Shown piece by piece: positions 58,329-64,000 of a DNA stretch of 64,000 bases; position 1 is the first letter of the stretch; each line of letters starts with the position of its first letter. Both the position numbers and the translations under genes were made by a program. This DNA is from Schmidtea polychroa (lineage: Eukaryota), in the NCBI GenBank assembly GCA_044892525.1, contig CM097885.1:267592001-267656000 (forward strand), given 5' to 3'. The notes under the pieces are model-generated. The model was not told the DNA's origin and made no database searches. It saw only the letters and a program-made list of their open reading frames with translations.

Positions 58329-59180
58329 TAAATTCGTGTCAATAATTTCAACACAAGCTAATAAACCGCGATGACAAAAGTGATTTGGAATAGGAACATT
58401 GACAAAGAAGTTCAATTTTTCCAGCATTATCCTTTCCATTTGCACCACATGTCCAGGTTTATAGCAGTCTTCAGTAAGATAACAAAACTCCTTGATTCTT
58501 GGATGAAACCTTTGCACAATTTTACAGGCAATTAACATTCCCGCAATACCAACGAGCTGATAGAAGGACTTTTTAATAAGCGCAATGGACGTGAACATGT
58601 CAATAAGCACCACTCCAACCTGTAGAGTTTCAGTGGTCATTTTCGAATATAATTGAACCTACAAATAGCTATGTCAATTATTAATCAGAAAATTATTTCA
58701 AAAGATTTTGCTCACATGAGCATGTTGGGATAACATTTAGAATCAAACAAACCCATTTTGACAACCTTTATCAGCCAATCCATTAAAGTAGATCGGAAGT
58801 TTTCTTCAAATCCATTCAGAGCTAAGTAATTTTTGTTGAACTTTATTGCTTCCTCTCTCTCATAGAGATATTTGAACATGTAAGGATAATATTCAAAAAA
58901 GTTTTCATCTATTTTCATATCAAATTGCTCCGATAAATCCGAAATTTCTTTTCTTTTTGGTGTTATAGTTCGTATAAGTAACAGCTGGCAAATCATTACT
59001 AAATTATCCTCATTTGAAAGGTTGGTGATATTTGAACCGTGTTTAAAACCTGAATATTATTAATAGTAATTATTAAGCTGATAACAAAATTTATTCCATT
59101 GCAAAATTTATTTTATTTAAATGCAAACTAAATTCTCAGATCTTACCGATCGAGAACGCCATTGGTGTGCCACCAATCAT
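58329..59180 (-). CDS. 5' exons (59180/59162-59147, 59049-58766, 58658-58329) of a mitotic A/B-type, probably B-type, cyclin
   Basis: Cyclin box FRSTLMDWLIK|VQLYSKMTTETLQVGVVLIDMF..YQLVGIAGMLIACK..MERIMLEKLNF after removing 97- and 107-nt GT-AG introns; GTAAGA donor at 58328. Confidence 0.85.
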
Positions 59181-59612
59181 ACTTAAACAAGTATCCAATG
59201 AAATTCAAGTATGCATTATAATACCATTCAGATATTATTTATTCACCAATTATCTCTCAGACAAGACTTTTATTATCACATTATTTATAATTATGATTTA
59301 TACGTTAATGACAGTGAATTTAATGTTTTCAAAAACAGTAGTCCATGAAAATAATTGACAATGAACAAGCAAAAAAACTATATGGCATTTGTTATGTCAA
59401 ATTTGCACTATTTAAATAAATGTTGTACTTTATAATCTCTTTGTAGTTTGCAGCTTTGGCATCAAAGGTACGTCGGTGTACATTTTCAACTATCTTGCTG
59501 CGGCGGTTTGGGCTATGAGAATAGCGAAAGGTGGCAAACAAACATATTTAGAGTTTTATATATAAGATGTAATTATATTAATTAAATTAAATTAATTTGG
59601 TAATAAGTAATG

Positions 59613-59657
<45 letters not shown>

Positions 59658-59753
59658 TATTAATTAGTAAAAACATACTCGTGTGTCTATGTGAAAAGGT
59701 AAAACGAGTAGGTTTTGAGGTTGGTGTATTTGAGACATGTTTTCGTTCACTTT

Positions 59754-60062
59754 CTATTCGAGGTTTTCAATAAATGTATGACAAATAATTTTACGTCTTC
59801 TTGGAATTGTTAGCTCCGGTTTTGGTTTGGATCTTTCTTTACTCCAAAAGTGTCGTAGTTGTGAAAATCGGTCTGATAGCTGTTTTGGTTTCTCCAATTC
59901 ATTGTTTGACTTACTTGACGAGAGTCTTGTTGATTTTGAATATCGTCGAATAAAGCATTTCATTCTTTTCACTTTTGACAATGAGATCTTAGATTTCCTT
60001 TTCTGCAAGAGAGAGTCGCTGGCAAATTCTAACTTGTTTTCGTTGACATTCTGAAGCATCAT
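59754..60062 (-). CDS. Hypothetical basic protein or exon (possibly an upstream exon of a host gene)
   Basis: 102-codon ORF with higher GC than its surroundings; no recognisable motif. Confidence 0.3.
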   Translation of the reverse strand: MMLQNVNENKLEFASDSLLQKRKSKISLSKVKRMKCFIRRYSKSTRLSSSKSNNELEKPKQLSDRFSQLRHFWSKERSKPKPELTIPRRRKIICHTFIENLE

Positions 60063-63000
60063 TAAAACAAATTTACCTTTATTTTTAATGTAATTTTTAT
60101 ATTTATTGTTAATATTGATAAGTTACAATTATCTCAAATACAGACCACCATTTTGGTACTTTCTATGTCAGAAATTTGGTTTTTTAAAATGCAGTTTGTA
60201 ATCTTTGCCGCACTTTCAAAAATGTTTCACTTAATTTCGCTTTTATTATTATTGTGTCATATTTTCGTTATATTCTTTAACTTTTTTTTTCTTTGTTTTT
60301 ATTTGATCACGCTGTTGTCAACATGGATTTTCGGATTGAAAGTAAATAGCAAATTGGAGAGTTAATGCATAACATCATTTGAAAATTGAATCTCATATAA
60401 GCGGAAAAATGAGTAAAGTCCTCGATGTATGGATAAATGCAGGCCAGTGACATCCAATCAGAACCAAGTGTTAAATAAATGAAAACAACTGTATTGACAC
60501 TCTTCTTACTTACTTATAACTGATTAAATACAACTTTATAATTGGTCAATTACTTACAATTTAATAATTCCACAAAAATCAATATAACCTTCAAATTATG
60601 TTCTTATAACAGATTCAATTTGGAATTGGTATAAAACATTTTGCAGTGATAGAATAGCTACAATAACAAATACGAATACTGACAAGAATCTAAAAGAGAT
60701 TATATCATTCATTCAACCAATTTCACTGGGCCCTTGCGTTTTTCCCGCTTCCAAATTCCGACATTATTGCGCCATAAACTCAAAATCAACGCTAATCAAA
60801 CGCAAATTCGACAAAAGCCACGAATATCTCAAATAAATAATATAATTAACATAAAATGTTATAAAGAATTTTTCAAACGAAATCCTCTACAAAATCTTTT
60901 TATGCATTCAAACAAACAAGAAGTTATTTTAATTCATTAAATAATTTAATTGATTTATAAACCTAATTAATTTGGGGGTCTTTTCCGGTCTTTTGAATTT
61001 CTCCAAATACAAGAATTATCAGATAATGAAATCTTCCTTTGATTAAATTTTAATAATTAAAATTTTAATTCGACTTTGTAAAAAATATTTTACTTTAATC
61101 ATTTAATTAATTGACATCTTNNNNNNNNNNNNNNNNNNNNNNNNNNNNNNNNNNNNNNNNNNNNNNNNNNNNNNNNNNNNNNNNNNNNNNNNNNNNNNNN
61201 NNNNNNNNNNNNNNNNNNNNNNNNNNNNNNNNNNNNNNNNNNNNNNNNNNNNNNNNNNNNNNNNNNNNNNNNNNNNNNNNNNNNNNNNNNNNNNNNNNNN
61301 NNNNNNNNNNNNNNNNNNNNNNNNNNNNNNNNNNNNNNNNNNNNNNNNNNNNNNNNNNNNNNNNNNNNNNNNNNNNNNNNNNNNNNNNNNNNNNNNNNNN
61401 NNNNNNNNNNNNNNNNNNNNACTGATTTCTTTTCAATTGACAATGTATTTATTAAAAAGCTTGACTATGAATCAATAAAGATATCGATGTGTTTTTGATA
61501 TTAACGAATTTTCGGCACTGCCTTTTTCAGGTGATCGATATCAAAACATCGATATATTTACTGATTCAGTCANNNNNNNNNNNNNNNNNNNNNNNNNNNN
61601 NNNNNNNNNNNNNNNNNNNNNNNNNNNNNNNNNNNNNNNNNNNNNNNNNNNNNNNNNNNNNNNNNNNNNNNNNNNNNNNNNNNNNNNNNNNNNNNNNNNN
61701 NNNNAAAACGGCCAATAAGATATGCAATATTTATGAAGCATTAACAGTTACCGTTGTGCAAAAATGATTCGCACGGTTTTTTAATGGGGATTTTTAAGTG
61801 GGCGCAATAACTGCTGTAGGAGACCAAAACCTCAACACTTTACCTTGCCAAAAGTTGCTGACGTTGTAGGAGTGTCCATATAACCGTTGAACTACACATC
61901 CGCGCAGAAGGATACGTCAATCGAGCTGATGTTTGGGTTGCGCATGAAATTAGTGAACGAAACAGAACACAACCTTTCTGCAAAATATGATCAGTGGAGA
62001 TGAAAATTAGATCATGTATAACAATATTGTACCCTGTAGACATTGTCAAAGGTAAACCTTCATTCTCGGAAAGTAATGCTATTGTTGGACTTCAAGGGTG
62101 TGGTTTATTACGAGTAGCTAATAAATTAATCAGACTATACATTGTACTAAGAACTGTGGACACCTTGTTAATTTGAAGACAGCTCTTACCCAAAAATGAC
62201 CATGGTTGGTTGATATGGTAAAAATAGTGTTTTGCCATGAAAACGCGAAACTCCGTAGGATTGTAACTGCTGTACAAAAACCGATGGAGTTTTTATGAAA
62301 TTTTTCAAGTTAATCTCCAAAATTACAAGTCTTTGGGAGACATCAAAATTCAGGGGGATGAACTTTTCAAGAGCAAAGACGAAACCTTATAGAGGAAATG
62401 GAATAAAGAATAATGAAGTTACGTGAACGTCGGGTCAAAAATTAATCTGTTTTAATTATATTTATTTAATTGAATAAATGATAAAAATACGAACGAATAA
62501 ATGTTACAATAATATAAAAAAGTAAATGAATGTATGTTATATTGATGTGATTGCAAATCTCTTATGCTTATATTACTTGACGTTGAATAAATTCCTCGTG
62601 GCAATTTGTTTAAATATTGCAAATAAATTGCATTGTTTTTGAATTTAATAAATATAAGTATTTGATAATGGATGTTATAAATACTATGAGTATAACTACC
62701 AACAATATATTTTAATGAATTTGTTCCCTGCGGATTTTGGGAATAATTTTTTATGAAATTAATCGAAATCGTGGAATGTGGAGAAAATTACTTCAATATT
62801 TTTCTATTCAATTTATAAATAGCTTAAAAACATTTAACTTTAAATTTAATAATTCCTATTACATTTTTCGATGCTTTTCTTCTATATTTTTCGTAATTGT
62901 AGGCTATTATGATTTTTAAAAATTTCTAAAGATGGCTTTAAATGGGAATTTTATAAAATAAATTATAATTTAAATTGCACCTTTCTGCTGATCATGGAAA

Positions 63001-63700
63001 GGTGGAATATAATAAAGCCCATAGAATGTCTTATTAAAAATGCCCAAAAAATGCGATTCGCAGAATAATTTACATCCCTTTTTGTTTGTATTTTATTTTT
63101 TAACCAAATAATTTTTGTTTATTTTATAGTAAATGCCCATAATTTTTGTCTTTATTTCAAGTAAGTGTATATTTTTCATATTGGACCTGAATTTGCGGCC
63201 TTTCTGCCAGAATTTATACGTTTTACTGTAAATTGTTAGAACTTTTATGAAATTTTTAAAATTAAATGGAAATTATTTTTTGTTTTGAAAAAAATAATCT
63301 TGCTGTATTTACATGTTTTATTTATTTATCCTGACAAATTTTGTAACTTATTATCGAATACAAATGAACGAAATAAGATGCCCTTAATTATTGTCCACTG
63401 ATTTTATTTTATGCTTTTATTTTAAAAATGAAATAGTTGTTCCTTGTTAAATATAAATTGGGATTCGATATCAATTGCAATTATATAAAAACAAAATGCT
63501 TCAACAAATACTTCATTTCCACGTACCGGATGCTGCTAATGAAATTCAGATAAATACAAGGATTTTCATGATTTAAACAAACATTTAATAATAAGTTTTT
63601 AAAAGTCAAATTTATTTTTAATTAGGATTTCATTTTTATATAAATTTTTAAAGACAAAATAAATGGAAAAGATTTTTTTTATGAATTAAAAACAATTTCT

Positions 63701-63766
<66 letters not shown>

Positions 63767-64000
63767 TAAAATGATGATTTCTTGGTAGCAGCATTTAATA
63801 AAATGATAATTTAAGCCTTTTGCTGCGAATAATGTATTTAATGAAAAAATTTTCGACTATAAGATAATCCTTGTCAATTGACAAAGATTGATTGGCAAGT
63901 AGATTGACAAGGACTATCTTATAGTCAAAAATATTTTCATTAAATACATCATTTGCAGCAAAAGGCTAAAATTATCATTTTATTGTTTTATATTATAATA

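Noticed and set aside
99-61767. Many ORF-track entries dominated by X
   Set aside because: They are artefacts of N-gap runs, not coding sequence.

Overview
AT-rich, gap-containing draft scaffold from an animal genome with very short introns (mostly 40-110 nt); the taxon cannot be determined from sequence alone. Host genes: a protocadherin (490-3117, -), a spliced synaptobrevin/VAMP (24116-24536, +), and a mitotic cyclin whose 5' exons (58329-59180) and 3' exons (35354-35770) appear separated by a ~22.6-kb intron. The main feature, inside that intron, is a complete 16,373-bp Polinton/Maverick (adintovirus-like) element at 41311-57683. It has AG...CT termini, ~0.94-kb TIRs and a perfect 6-bp TSD (AACGCT), and it is inserted into a Tc1 transposase. 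Besides the core genes (pPolB, protease, major and minor capsid, integrase, packaging ATPase) it carries an accessory arm. This arm holds a miniature TATA-binding-protein homologue and a two-exon Bcl-2-family gene (BH1, BH2, C-terminal anchor) that the ORF track misses because BH2 lies beyond an intron made mostly of an AAT microsatellite. It also holds a spliced acidic-repeat gene, a candidate ssDNA-binding protein and a secreted coiled-coil protein. The TIRs are packed with AP-1, CRE and nuclear-receptor-like motifs. pPolB and integrase carry nonsense mutations, while capsid and accessory genes look open. Also present: a 3.2-kb foldback derivative of a second Polinton family, a full-length 4.55-kb Gypsy with 115-bp AGT...ACT LTRs, several hAT MITEs with 8-bp TSDs, a 41 x 24-bp minisatellite open on both strands, and internally deleted Hsp90 and RACK1 pseudogenes. 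All protein calls come from motif recognition by eye; no database searches were run.
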